64,000 nt of DNA from Scenedesmus sp. PABB004 (lineage: Eukaryota), in the NCBI GenBank assembly GCA_014905635.1, contig JABVCE010000003.1:1302001-1366000 (forward strand), in the 5' to 3' direction. Shown piece by piece: positions 23,002 to 39,043 of the stretch (position 1 is its first letter; every line of letters begins with the position of its first letter). Made by a program: the position numbers and the translations under genes. Under the pieces are notes generated by a model. The model was not told the DNA's origin. It saw nothing but the letters and a program-made list of their open reading frames with translations, and did not search any database.

Positions 23002-25424
23002 TCACTGCGCCACGAGCCCCGCCAGCTTGAGCGCGTGAAGCTGCTGCCCCGCCGCCGCCGCGAGCAGCGGGGCGCCGCCCGGCGCCGCCGCGCCCGGCAG
23101 CGCCGCCGCGCCGGGCAGCAGGCCGGCCGCGGCCAGGCCGGCGGGCGCGAGCCGCGCCCCCGGCAACGCCAGCGCCGCGAGCAGGCCGGGCCCCGGCAGC
23201 AGGTGCGGCAGCAGGTGCGGCGCCGCGAGCGCGGGCTGCGCCAGCGACGCCATGATGCCCACACGCGCGGGGCCGCCCGCCGCGGCGGCCGCGAGCGCCA
23301 GGCCGAGCGGGTTGACCGCCGCGCCCGGCGGCAGCGGCGGCGGCGGCGCCACTGCCGCCGTCCTGGCGCGCTTGCGCGGGCTGTCGCCGTCGGGCTGCGC
23401 AGGCGCCACCTCGCCCGCGGCGGCGGCCGCGGCCGCCGCCGCGCGCGGCGACGCAGCCGGGTTGACCTTGCGCGCACGCGCGCCCGGCTCCGCCTGCGGC
23501 TGCGGCGCCGCCGCGGGCGGCAGCGCGCCGAGCTGCTCCTCATCTTGCGCGACCGGGCCCGCCGCCGCGCCGGCCGCGGCGGCCGCCTTGCGCGCGTCAG
23601 CGATCATGTTGGCAATGTAGACATGCCACAGCCCGCCCCGCACGGCCGGCCGCTGCGGCGCGGCGCAGGCGGGCGGGGCCGGCGGGGGCGCGGCCGCGGC
23701 CGCGGGCGCCGCCGGCGCGGCGCCGCCGGGCAGCAGCAGCTGGCCGAGCAGCCCCGCGAGCGCGGGCTGCGGGGGCGGGGCGTGCGCGGCGTGCGGGGCG
23801 CCGCCGGCCGCCGCGGCGAGCGCGGCCACGAGCGCCGCCGGCGGGGCGCCGCCCGCGGACAGCGCCGCCGCGAGCTGCGGCTGCCGCGCGCCCGCGGCGG
23901 CGGCGAGCCCGCCCGGCCCGAGCAGCGCCGCGAGCGGGGCGGGCAGGCCCGGCAGGCCCGGCAGGCCGGGCAGGCCCAGCTGCCCCAGGCCGAGCGCCAC
24001 GAGCGCGGCCGCCGCCGCCGGGCCGCCGGGCGCGGCCGGCACGCCCAGGAGCGCGCCGGGCAGCGCCGGCAGGCCGGCCGGCGGCGCCAGGAACGCGCCG
24101 TGCCCGGGAGCGCCCAGGCCGACGAGCGGCGCCGACGCGGGCAGCAGGCCCGGCAGCATGCCCGCGGGCAGCGCCCACGCGGGCGCTGCGGCGACGGCGG
24201 CCGCGCGCGGCTGCTGCTGCGGCTGCTGCGGCTGCTGCGGCTGCTGCGGCTGCTGCGGCAGCGGCGGCGGCGGCGGCTGCGACTTGGGCGGGCTGCTGCG
24301 CTTTGCCCGCTGCGGCGCCTGCTGCGCCCGCGGCTCCGCCGCCCTGCCGGCCGCCGCGGGGGCCCGCTGCGGCAGCAGCCCCGGCGGCGGCAGCGCCGCG
24401 GGGTGGATCTCCTCCGGCGCCAGCCCGCCCGGCAGGCCACCCGCGCCGCCGGGCGACGCCGGGCCGAGCGCGCCCTGGCAGCCGCCTGAGCTCACGTCGG
24501 AGCCGGGGCTGTGCTGCCGCGTGAGCTGGAGCTGCTTCGCGCCCGGCGGCAGCGCCGGCGGCGCCGGCGCGGCCGCCGCGGTGGCGCTGCTGCCCTTGCT
24601 GCCCCTGCTGCCCTTGCTGCCCTCGCGCGCCGCGCCGGGCGGCAGCCCGTGCGCCCGCTTTGCCCGCGGCGCCCCGTGCGCCTCCTGCTGCTGCGCGGCG
24701 GCGCTGAGGAGGCAGAGCACCTCGAGCGCCTCGCGCTCGTCCTGCGCGGGCGCGCGGGGCGGGGCGACGGCGCGGCGGCCGCGGTCGGCAAAGGCGGCGC
24801 GGCGTGCTGCGCGCGCGCGGTGCCGCCGCCGCGCCCGGCGCGGCGGGGGCCCGCGCAGCGCATGCGGGTGCCCCGCACCTCGTGGAAGCCGCCGTCCGCC
24901 AGGGCGTCGGCCGGCGCGCCCGGCGCGGGCTGCTCCTCGGTTTGGAGGAGCGCCAGCGCCGCGCTCCAGCGCGGGCGGGCCCCGGCGCGCGCACCTGGGG
25001 GCAGCGCGAGGGCGGGAAGGCCGTGAGCGCGCGCAGCTCGGCGGCGCGGGCGCGGGGGCGGCGCAATCGTGCAAAAAGCGCACCGGGTCGCGAGCGCGGG
25101 CGCCGGGGAATGGCGACGCTCAGCAGGGCCTGGTCGGCCGCCTGGCCGGCCGCGGCGCGCGCGGAGCGGGCGGCGCGGGGCGTGGGCGTCAGCGCGGCGC
25201 GGGGGGGGGGGGGAGGGCGGGGCCCGGCATGCCAGCGAGTGGCCCCCCGCGCCTGGGGGCGCGCAGCGCGGCCTCACCGTGTTGTCGCCCGCTGGCGCGC
25301 GGCCCGACGACCTCACCGGGCGGCCGCCGGCGCCGGGATCGCGCGAGGGCGCGCCGGGCGCCTGCTGCGAGCCCGCGCGGGCGCCGCGCGCCAGGCCGGC
25401 CCCGAACGCCTCCCCGCGGCCCAT
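23002..25424 (-). CDS. Low-complexity Ala/Pro/Gln-rich putative nuclear regulator (5' exons uncertain)
   Basis: Long exon 23002-~24741 with short ordered motifs DEREALEVLCLLS and GGLWHVYIANMIAD and basic patches (RAKRA, PRKRAR). Upstream exon ~24881-24995 ends ADGGFHE. The ATG at 25424 could not be joined in phase with certainty. Confidence 0.6.
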
Positions 25425-25556
25425 GAGCGTCCTCGGAGCCGGCTAGCGGGTCATCCTGGCCGCTCCCGCCGCGATGCGGGCGCCTGGCTGCGCGCTCGGC
25501 GCGGGCCTCGCTCGCCTGCTCGCGCGCTGCCGCCGCCCCCGGCCTGGCTCGGCTCC

Positions 25557-25964
25557 CCGGGCTGCCCCGCGCGCCCACGAGCGGCGCGGCGCGCTGGTGG
25601 CGCTGCGTCTGCGCCCGGCCGGTCGCGCGCGTCCCCGCGCCGCTGGTGGCTGCCTGGCGCGTCTCGTCGGTGGGGCGCCTCGGGCTGGCGATGCTGCGCA
25701 CTGTGGCGCGCCGCGGCGCCGCCGCGCGCGACGGCCGCCCGGCGCGGGGCGCAGCGAGATACTGCTCGTAACAAATCAGCCGCCCGCCGCACACTCGCTC
25801 GAGCGGGCCGCGCAGCGCGCCGGTGGCATCCGGGTGCGACGGCGCCACGCGGCGCGCGCCGCCGCAGCGCCAGGGGCGGCGCAGGCGCCCCCGCGCGGCG
25901 CGGCGCCGCCGGGCCTCGCGGCGCGAGGCCCTGAGCCCCGGCGGCTCCGCGCGCGCGCGCCCCT
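25557..25964 (-). repeat. Right arm of ~400-bp inverted repeat
   Basis: Reverse complement of 22143-22539, including the AT-richer core GAGATACTGCTCGTAACAAATCAGC. Ends ~90 bp upstream of the PEX14 ATG. Confidence 0.93.
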
Positions 25965-26056
25965 CCCGACCGGCCGCCCGGCCACACGGCCCGCTCCACG
26001 TGGTGCGCCGCTGCCAACCGCAACACGCCCCCCGCCGACGCGAGCAGCGCCGCGCG

Positions 26057-28397
26057 ATGGAGGAGGGCGGCGACGGCGCCGCCGCGGCGGCGCCGCTGCC
26101 CGTGCCGGCTGCGGTGCCGGAGGCGGCGCTGCGGGAGGACCAGATCGCCAACGCGGTGTCCTTCCTGGGCCACGACAAGGTGCGCGTGAGCCGGGGCGGC
26201 CCGGGCGCGCCATGCGGGCGCCCGCGCGGCCCTGGATCGCGCGCGTGGGCTGCAGGGGCACGCCACGCAGCCGCACAGCGCCGCGCGCGGGGTGGCGCCG
26301 CGCGGCGGCGCTGGGGCGGGCGGCAGATGCTGACGGCAGCAGAACCAACGGGCGGCCACGCGGCGCAGGTGCGCGCCTCGCCCGTGGCGGCCAAGCGCAG
26401 CTTTCTGGAGAAGAAGGGCCTGACGGCGGCGGAGATCGACGAGGCCTTCAGGCGCGTGCCGGAGCCGGCGCCGGCGCCGGTGCCGGCGGCGCCTGCCCCG
26501 CCCGCCGCCAGCGCGAGCCCAAGCTACGGCGCCAACAGCCTGGTGACCTACACCCAGCAGCCCGGCGCGCAGCTGGCGCCGATGCAGCAGCAGCTGGCGC
26601 CGATGCAGCAGCTTCCGGCGCCGATGCAGCAGCAGCTAGCGCCGCCGCAGCCGCCGCTCACCTGGTCGCAGGTGCGCGCGGCGCCGCGCGGCCGCCGTCG
26701 CCGCCGCCACTGCGCCACCCCCCCCCCCCCACCCACCCACCCACACGCACGCACCACACACCACCACGCGGCCGCGCCCGCGCGCGCGCGCAGGTGGGGC
26801 TCGGGCTGGGCGTCGCCGCGGCGAGCCTGTACGGCGTGCACCAGCTCATCGCCCCGCGCCTCACCGCGTGGGCGGCCGCGTGGCGGGCCTCGCGCCGCGC
26901 CGCCGAGGAGGCCGAGGCGGCGCGCGCCGCCGCGCTGACGGCGGCGCTTGAGAGCCTCGCCGCGGGGCAGGCCAAGCTGCTGGAGGGCGTGGAGGCGCTC
27001 GCCGCGCGCGTCGCCGACGGCGCGGCGGCCCAGGCGGTCCAGCAGCAGCAGCAGCAGCAGCCGCTGCGGGGCGACGATTACTTCGCCACGAGCTACGGCG
27101 CCGCCGCCCCGCGCCAGCCGGCGCAGCAGGCGCAGCAGCCGGGCGCGCGCGGCTGGGACGCGGGCAGCGAGGCGCGCAGCGCCGCGCGCGCCGCGACCGG
27201 CAGCTACGGCGCCCCAGGCGCGGGCGCGCCGGGCGCGCCCCCGCAGCAGCAGGGCTTCGAGGTGGTGCCGCGCGGCCCGCCCGGCAGCGGGCTGCCGCCG
27301 GGCGCGGCGCCGGCGCAGGACGCGCCGGGCGGGGGCAGCCGGCCGGACGAGGCGCCGCACTCTGCCGCGTTCCATGAGGTGCGTGGCGCCGCCACGGGGG
27401 CGCGGGTTAGAGCAACCGCGGGGCGGGGCGCCGCACCTCGGCTCGGCGGCCGCGCGCCGCGAGCAGGGCGCCGCTCACGCCTGCCGGCGCCGCGCCGGCA
27501 GTGGGCCGCAGGTGATGGAGATGGTGCGGGCGGGCATCACGCCGCCCAACGTGCGGGTGAGCGCGCCGGCGCCGGCGCCGCGCCGCAGCGCTGAGCGCGG
27601 GCGCGCGGCCGCGCCGCGCCGAGCTGAGCGCCCGCCGCCGCGACCCGGCAGACGGACATCGACGACGCCCCGCCTGACCCCAGCCGGCCCATCAGCGCGC
27701 CGCAGCTGGCGCCGCGCAGCAAGGTGCGCGGGCGCCCGGCGCAGGTGCTGCGTGGCGGCTGCGACCCCTCGCCAGCCCGGCCGCCCCGCTGCACGCCGCC
27801 CGCCCGACGCGCCGCCGCCCGCGCGCGCCGCAGCCCTGGGAGCGCGGCGGCGCCGGCAGCGTCACCAGCAACGGCAGCCGCGCCGGCTCGTCGTATGGCG
27901 GCAGCCCCTCCGCGGCGGCGGCGCGCGGCCCGGGCGCGTTTGCCAACGGCGGCGGCCCCCTGCCCGCGAGCGGCGCGCCCAGCTACGCGTACCCCGCGCC
28001 GGCGGGCGGCGCCGGCCCCGCCCCGACGTCCTCCTGGGGCGCCGCGGGCCAGCAGCCCGCGGCGCAGCCGCCGCAGCTGTCGCCCGTGGGCGGCGGCCTC
28101 GCCGACGCACTCGAGGCGCAGCGCGGCGGCGGCGCCAAGGCGTACGACCTCAGCCACCTGCTCGGCCACGACCACGGCGCCAGCGACGCGCCGTGGCGCC
28201 CGCCGCCGCCGCCCGCGCCCACGGTCGTCGCGCCCGCGGCGGCGCCCGCGGCCGCGCCCGCGCCCACGGCGGTGGCGGCGCCGGCGCAGGCGCCCGCGGA
28301 GCAGCCGACCACGGACGACCTGGTCGCGGGCGTGGCGGCGAGCGCGGTGCACAACGTGGTGGCCGCGGCCGCCGCCGCAGAGGCGGCGGCGGCGTGA
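26057..28397 (+). CDS. PEX14: Peroxisomal docking protein PEX14
   Basis: Pex14 N-domain LREDQIANAVSFLGHDK|VRASPVAAKRSFLEKKGLTAAEIDEAFRR; TM segment; plant-type PHSAAFHE|VMEMVRAGITPPNVR..DIDDAPPDP...PRSK|PWE motif. Confidence 0.92.
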
Positions 28398-28457
28398 CGC
28401 GCGCGGTGCCGCTGACGGCCGTGCAACAGCCGAGTTGTCCGGCGAAGCGAGCTTATG

Positions 28458-28462
28458 TTACA
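28458..28462 (-). promoter_or_regulatory. TGTAA polyadenylation signal
   Basis: TTACA on +, ~195 nt downstream of the FtsHi3 stop. Confidence 0.5.
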
Positions 28463-28654
28463 CACCGCTGCCAACGGCGCAAAGCACATCAAGACGCGCG
28501 CCCCTCGCCCTCTCTCGCGCGGCCAATCGCCGCCGCCGCGGCACCAAACTCTCGTGCATGCGCCGCGCACCGCTCGCGCCCGCTGCCAGACCCTCGCGCG
28601 CGCGCGCCTGCTGCCAGACCCTGCCGCGCGCACATGCCATGCGGCCGCTGGCTC

Positions 28655-34800
<6,146 letters not shown>

Positions 34801-34888
34801 AGCGGACGCAGCGAGCGGCGCGCGGTGACAGAGACGAGTCACCGTCTGTTGCTCGCTCACTCTGTTGCTTGCTCGCTCTGCGGCGCGC

Positions 34889-35832
34889 TCACGCCAGCGG
34901 CCAGCCGCAGCAAAACTGCAGGCACTGCACGCCGGGCGGACAGGCGTCGCCAGGGTCGTCGGCGGCCGCCGCCGCTCCGGCTGGCTGCTCCGGCGACCGC
35001 CGCAGCACCTGCGCATGCGCGACGCCGCCGCCGCAGAGGTACCCGATGGCGAAGCTGGGTGCAGTGAACGCAGCGACCAGCTCGACCCGCAGTCGCGGCG
35101 GCCGCTGCACGCCCACCTCCTCGCCGCCGCTGCCGTCACCGCCGCCGCAGCCGACACCGCCTCTGCTGCCGTCTCCGCTGCAGCTCCTGCACCCGTCGTC
35201 GGCGCCGCCGCCGCCCACGACCCGCAGCGCCAGCAGGCCCGCGTCCCAGGGCCCCGGCTGGGTGAGCAGCTGCGTCTCCAGCAGCTGCACCGCCAGCGGC
35301 TCCAGCTCCTGCTCGGGGCTGAGCTGCAGCTCCATCGCCGCCGCCTTTGCCAGCGTGGCATGCATGATCCGCTCGCCCACGCCCGACACGCTCACGGCCA
35401 CGCCTGCGGCACGGGGCGCGGCGCGCGGCGGTGCCCCCGGTGAGCCGTTGACACACACCGCTGCGGCGGCGCCGGCGCGCCGGCGCGGCAGCTGCGCCGC
35501 CGCGCACCTGGCACCTTCGGCTGCTCGCCGCGCTCGCCCGCCGCCGGCTGCGGGTGCGCCGCCCAGCAGCCCGCGCCGAGCAGCGCCGCCTCGCCCACGC
35601 GGCCCTCGTGCTTCATCGCCAGCCCGCCGGACGACACGCCCGCGGCCACGCGGCCGCGCGCGTCGACGACCACGCAGCCCACCGTGTCGCCCACGTCGGC
35701 GCACCGCGCACCGCCCGGCGGCCGGGCCTCGCTGCACAGCCGCGCGCGCTTTGCGGCGGGCGCGTCCGGGCCGCCCTGCTCCCTCGACGGCCCCTGCGGC
35801 TGCTCCTGCTGCAGGTGCTCCTGCTGCTCCTG

Positions 35833-35907
<75 letters not shown>

Positions 35908-36808
35908 CTGGCCGTCGGCCTCTGCTGCCGCCGCCGCCGCCGCCGCCGCCTCCGCGTCTGCCAGCATCCCGCAATACGACTGCCACGCCTCGAAGGCTGC
36001 GGGCGTGACCAGGCGCTGCGCAGCGGCGGCGGCACGCGACCGGGCGTGAGCGCCGCGGCGCCGCTTGCCAGCGCGCACCCGGCGCGCCGCCGCACCTGTC
36101 CCGCCTCCTCCGCCGTTGCAGCACCGCGCAGGCCCTGCCCGAGCGCCCATCGCCGCGCGGCGTCCCCCACCAACAGCCTGCGGCCAGCAGCGCGGTGCGT
36201 CAGCGGTCGCGGCGCCCCCGCTGCCGCCCCCGGCCGCCGCCGCCGGCCGCACTCACAGCGGCCGCACCAGCCCGCACGGCAGCGGCGTCCGCGACAGCAG
36301 CGCGAGGCGGTGCGCCGCGGACACCGGGTTGTCTATGCCTGCCGGGAGCGGGGCGGGCGCACGGGGCTGGGCCGGCGGGGCGCGCGCTGGGCCGCCGCCG
36401 CCCCGCCCTGCGCGCGCCGCAGCGCCGCGGCGCGGCCGCACCCGGCGCCGCGCCGACCGCGCCGCTGGTGCCATCGCCGTCCATTACGCACGCGTCGCAC
36501 TCGGCCGTGCCGGCGGCCGTCAGGTTGGCGCCCCGGCCGGCGTTGGGCAGCGGGTCGTCCTGCGGCCGGCGCAGGCGCCGTCGCCCGCTGCGCCTGTGCG
36601 CCCCCGGCGCGCGGCGGCGGCGCCAGCGCGCCGCGCGCGCCTCGAGCGCGGCGATGGCCGCGGCGACGGCGTCGAGCGGCGCGCCGCCCGCCTCGAGCGC
36701 CGCGCCGGCGGCGGCCAGCGCGGCGCGCAGCGCGGCGCGGTAGGCGGCCTCCTTGCCGGGGCGGTGCCAGCCGGCGCCGGCGTGGACGGCGATGAAGAAG
36801 GGCGGCAT
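34889..36808 (-). CDS. TASP1: Threonine aspartase (taspase-1, Ntn-hydrolase)
   Basis: FIAVHAGAG; AALE|DDPLPNAGRGANLT..ECDACVMDG; GIDNPV; autocleavage site DTVGCVVVD..AGVSSGGLAMKHEGRVGEAALLGAGCWA; SVSGVGERIM. Confidence 0.92.
35836..35901. repeat. (CTG/CAG)22 perfect microsatellite encoding poly-Gln in taspase
   Basis: Counted directly: 66 nt, uninterrupted. Confidence 0.9.
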
Positions 36809-36871
36809 GCCGCGGCGGGCGGCGCTGCTGCGCGCGCGCGATCGCCCTGCGGGCTCCCTGCCGCGCGCCGC

Positions 36872-36907
<36 letters not shown>

Positions 36908-37099
36908 AGGGATGTCAGGCCTGGCGGGGAGCGCGCGAGCACCGGCGCGCGGCGAGCGTCTTTGACGGCTGACGCCGCGCCGCGCCGCTCGGCGCGAAAG
37001 CCACGCCGTTGCCCGCGTCGCACTCACCGCCCTGCCCTCTCGCCGTCGCGACCGCGCGCGCGGCCTGCTTCGAGGCCGGCCGCCGGAGGAGCAGCGGCG

Positions 37100-37371
37100 A
37101 TGCGGCGCAAGAAGCAGAAGCACACGCGGCGGTCGGTGTCGTTCTACAAGATCAACTACGGCTTCCGGGAGCCCTTCAAGGCGCGGCCAGCGCGCCGGGA
37201 TGGCGGCGGCCCGAGCCGGCAGCGTCGCCGCCCGCCGGCCGCGGCGGCGGCTGAGCCCGGCCCGCCGCCGCCGCAGGTGCTGCTGGACGGCAACTTCCTG
37301 CACGCCTGCCTGGCGGCCAAGTGAGCCGCCGGCGCGCAGCGGGGCGCGGCGCCGCGGGCGGGCGAGCGGCC

Positions 37372-37418
<47 letters not shown>

Positions 37419-38335
37419 GCGCCCGCGCCCACGCGCCCGCGCGCCCGCGCGCGCCGCAGCATGGGCCACTTGCAGGAGCTGCTGGCGCGGCTGGTGGGCG
37501 GCGAGGTGCGGCTCTTCACCACGCCCTGCATCAGCGGCGAGCTCAGGGGCCTGGGCCCGGAGTTCAGGCCCACCGCCGACGCGGCGCGGCAGCAGCAGCT
37601 GCACAAGTGCGGCCACGAGGCCGCGCAGGCGCCGTCGGACTGCCTGCTCGACGCCGTGGCGGGCGGCAACCCGGCGCACTGGTGGATCGCGACGCAGGCG
37701 CGGCGGAGGCTGCTGGCCGCGGGCGCGCGCAGCCACCGGCGGCGCTCGCGCGGCGCCGGCGCGTCCGCTGCTGCCCGCCCACCTGGCACACCCTCCCGCA
37801 CGCCGGCGCAGGACAAGGCGCTGCAGGCAGAGCTGGGCGCGCTGCAGGCAGTGCCGGTGCTGTTTGCCAGCGTCAACGGGCTGCACCTCGCGGAGCCGCC
37901 GGAGCAGGCCAAGGCCGCGGTGGCGGCGGGGCACGCCGAGGCGCAGGCGCGCACGCGCGGGGGCGACCGGGCGCCAGCGCCGGCGCGCGGCCCGCACCCG
38001 CCGCCACCGGCTCCGCCGCCGCCGCCGCAAACGCGCGCCGCGCGTGCGCGCCGCAGGCGCTGCCGGCGCACGAGCGCGCGTCGGCGCCGCTGCGCGACCT
38101 CGCCGAGCTCCGGCCGCGCGACGAGGGCTGGAAGAAGTTCCGCCGGAAACGGACAAAGGGCCCAAACCCCCTGGCGGTCAAGAAGAAGAAGCAGCAGGCC
38201 AAGCCCAGCAAGGGCGCCCGGGAAGCGGCGGCCCCGGCGGGAGCGGCGGCGCCGGGCGGCGGCGGTGGCGGCGAGGGCGGCGGCAGCGGCAAGAAGCGCA
38301 AGCGCAGCAAGCGCAAGGCCGGCGGCGCGGACTGA
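37100..38335 (+). CDS. UTP23: rRNA-processing PIN-domain protein UTP23
   Basis: MRRKKQKHTRRSVSFYKINYGFREPFK|VLLDGNF; TTPCISGELRGLG; HKCGH; IATQ|DKAL; KRTKGPNPLAVKKKK. Confidence 0.95.
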
Positions 38336-39043
38336 GGGGCCTGTGAGCGGCTTGTGAGATTGAACGTCGGTGTGTTACCGATCCAATCCAGTCCGCCGGC
38401 GGCCGCTCGCTCTACGCGCTAGGCTCGAAAGAAGGCGCCCCGCGCTGCCTGCTGCTGCTGCCCAAAAGCGTGCGCCCCCGCGCGCGTGCCTGCCTGTACA
38501 GCCCCGCCGAGCCGCGCTGCAGCTGCTGCTGGCTGGCGCGCGCGGCGGCGCCGGGGCCCCGCGATGGCGGGCGCCCCGCGCGCGCCGCGCCGCGCCGCCC
38601 CGCCCCCGTCCCCGAGGCGCTGTGCATGACCGATGGTCCTCGGGCAAGTGCCTGTGTATGTACCGGGGGAGAGAGAGAGAGAGCCTGCTGCGGCCCCCAA
38701 AACGTCAACCGCAGCCTCGTTTGCCTCGCGCGCCAGGCGTGGCGCTCAGGCGCCCGCGCCGGGCGCCGTCCTCGCGCGCACGCCGCAGCCCCCTGCTGGC
38801 CGGGGCGCGGCTTGGTGGGTTTGTATGATGATCGACGTCGTTCATACGACGTCGCTTATGATGATGAAACGACGTCATTTATGTAGCGCTCAGGCCGGGC
38901 CCCACGGGGGCCCGACCTGAGGCGGGCGAGCGATGCGCGCGCGGGGCGCGCACGCGGTCCGACGCCGGCCCAACCAGCCGGCAGAGGCGACACACACACG
39001 CGCACACACAGAGATACCACAACGTCACGCCCGGCGGCGGGGC

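Noticed and set aside
22143..25964. Autonomous DNA transposon
   Set aside because: No transposase, recombinase or helicase motif in the enclosed ORF and no target-site duplication. Kept only as an unexplained inverted-repeat cassette.
38839..38857. CGTTCATACGACGTCGCTT resembles a short LSU rRNA segment
   Set aside because: Only ~19 nt with an indel, and explained by the local palindromic repeat. There is no flanking rRNA similarity, and no proper C/D boxes on the antisense strand.
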